Part shown: piece by piece, positions 62,939 to 64,000 of the stretch | Position numbering within the stretch: position 1 is the first letter of the stretch | How the letters are laid out: each line of letters opens with the position of its first letter | From: a virus | DNA: 64,000 nucleotides | IMG/VR virus record: IMGVR_UViG_3300028610_000246 | Strand: one strand, 5' to 3' | Position numbers and translations under genes: made by a program | Notes under the pieces: generated by a model | Database searches by the model: none | The model's input: only the letters and a program-made list of their open reading frames with translations | Told to the model about the DNA's origin: nothing

Positions 62939-62970
62939 CAACTTCTTTAAAGGATCCACATTATATTGAT

Positions 62971-63294
62971 CTAAGGTCCAGTAGGTCCCTTCAAATTCTT
63001 CACTATATACTCAGATTCTGCGTGAGCTTCTCCGGGCAGAGTATCATCTACACGTACACCAAATATATGAATTTCTTCAGTTCTAGACTCATCCTCTATA
63101 GTATTATTTGAGCCAGGAATGGTGACACTCATAGTACTAGCAGGACTAGCTAATAAGGTCCAGGGCACTATTTCTATATCATTAGTAATATCATCTAAAC
63201 GCCAATGAACCGTATTAGGAATCAGTGGAGCACCTAACTCATCTGTAAATACCATAATCATGATTACAGGGCTCTTCTCATTTACTGTTAACAT
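62971..63294 (-). CDS. Hypothetical beta-rich protein
   Basis: ORF track. Confidence 0.6.
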   Translation of the reverse strand: MLTVNEKSPVIMIMVFTDELGAPLIPNTVHWRLDDITNDIEIVPWTLLASPASTMSVTIPGSNNTIEDESRTEEIHIFGVRVDDTLPGEAHAESEYIVKNLKGPTGP

Positions 63295-63304
63295 AATACA
63301 TCCT

Positions 63305-64000
63305 CTAATTTATTCGACCAGCAAAACTGGTAATTGAAATCCCACGGGTCGCGGCCGTGATGTCGATATGATGGAATGGAGCTCCTATGGGAGCGTCGAC
63401 GAGCGCTACTGCTTGCGTAAACACCAAGAGTGCTGTGGCATCTAAGCTCCCAGGGGCTTTCAAGTCTGCCGCTTGCGTGAATGCGAGGGCAGGAGCAGCA
63501 TCTAGTTTGCCACTGCTTGTAAGATTGGCACTCTGCATGAAGGCGAGTGCGGGACTTGCGTTGAGCACACCTAAGGCATTGAGGTCCGCAGTTCCTGCAA
63601 ATGCAAGTGCCGGCGTCGCGAAGACTTGACCTTCAATTGCATCCTTCAAATCTGCTGTAGCACTGAAGATTAGTTGTGCGATTGTGGCATCCAATTTGCC
63701 TGAAGCATCAAGGTTTGCTGCTGCACTGAACACTAGGAGCGTTGTAGCATTCAAACTTCCTAGTGCCTTCAAACTTGCTGTGGCACTAAATATTAGTGCT
63801 GCTGTAGCATCCAATTTCCCCCGTGCGTCTAGGTTGGCACTACCACCAAACACAAGTGCTGGCGTCGCATCGAGCTTTCCGTCTGCCTTAAGATTGGCTG
63901 TTGCACTGATTACTAATGCAGATGTGGCGCTTATTGGTGATGGGGCCCCTTTAAGGTCTGCTGTCGCACTGAACGCCAGTGAGGCAGTTGCAGCCAGAAG
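63305..64000 (-). CDS. Ala-rich ~20-aa repeat protein, 5' end outside the window
   Basis: Frame stays open to the window edge; repeats of LxAxGxLDAxxALxFxxxAx. Confidence 0.75.
   Translation of the reverse strand, partial: LLAATASLAFSATADLKGAPSPISATSALVISATANLKADGKLDATPALVFGGSANLDARGKLDATAALIFSATASLKALGSLNATTLLVFSAAANLDASGKLDATIAQLIFSATADLKDAIEGQVFATPALAFAGTADLNALGVLNASPALAFMQSANLTSSGKLDAAPALAFTQAADLKAPGSLDATALLVFTQAVALVDAPIGAPFHHIDITAATRGISITSFAGRIN

Noticed and set aside
1-64000. Alternative genetic code, or temperate lifestyle
   Set aside because: Core genes are full length under the standard code; no integrase, repressor or att site was recognised, though part of the genome lies outside the window

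Overview
About 64 kb of a tailed dsDNA phage with siphovirus architecture and a probable Gram-negative host; AT-rich (~40% GC by eye). No integrase, repressor or CRISPR array was seen. Three blocks: (1) 1-14.4 kb, minus strand: many small early genes, including UDG-like, SLOG-like, sulfotransferase-like proteins and an M15 endolysin. (2) 14.6-34.5 kb, plus strand: primase-polymerase, divergent PolA, PD-(D/E)XK and VRR-NUC nucleases, SNF2 helicase, SSB, holin/spanin candidates, a cytosine-hypermodification cassette (carbamoyltransferase, MazG-like NTPase, NMP kinase, dCMP hydroxymethylase-type TS homologue, dCMP deaminase), DNA ligase, a PagL-like beta-barrel, an AdoMetDC-like enzyme and DUF3326. 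(3) 34.6-64 kb, minus strand: morphogenesis, from terminase to a 3470-aa tail-tip/fibre fusion. Top leads: the predicted carbamoylated 5hmC genome with possible accessory enzymes; a heptamer AAGGTCC found ~41 times on the + strand and about once on the - strand regardless of gene direction; a phage PagL homologue; a ~60-bp palindromic cassette in four copies; and several multi-stem intergenic RNA candidates. Family calls come from motif recognition and counts were made by eye; no searches were run.
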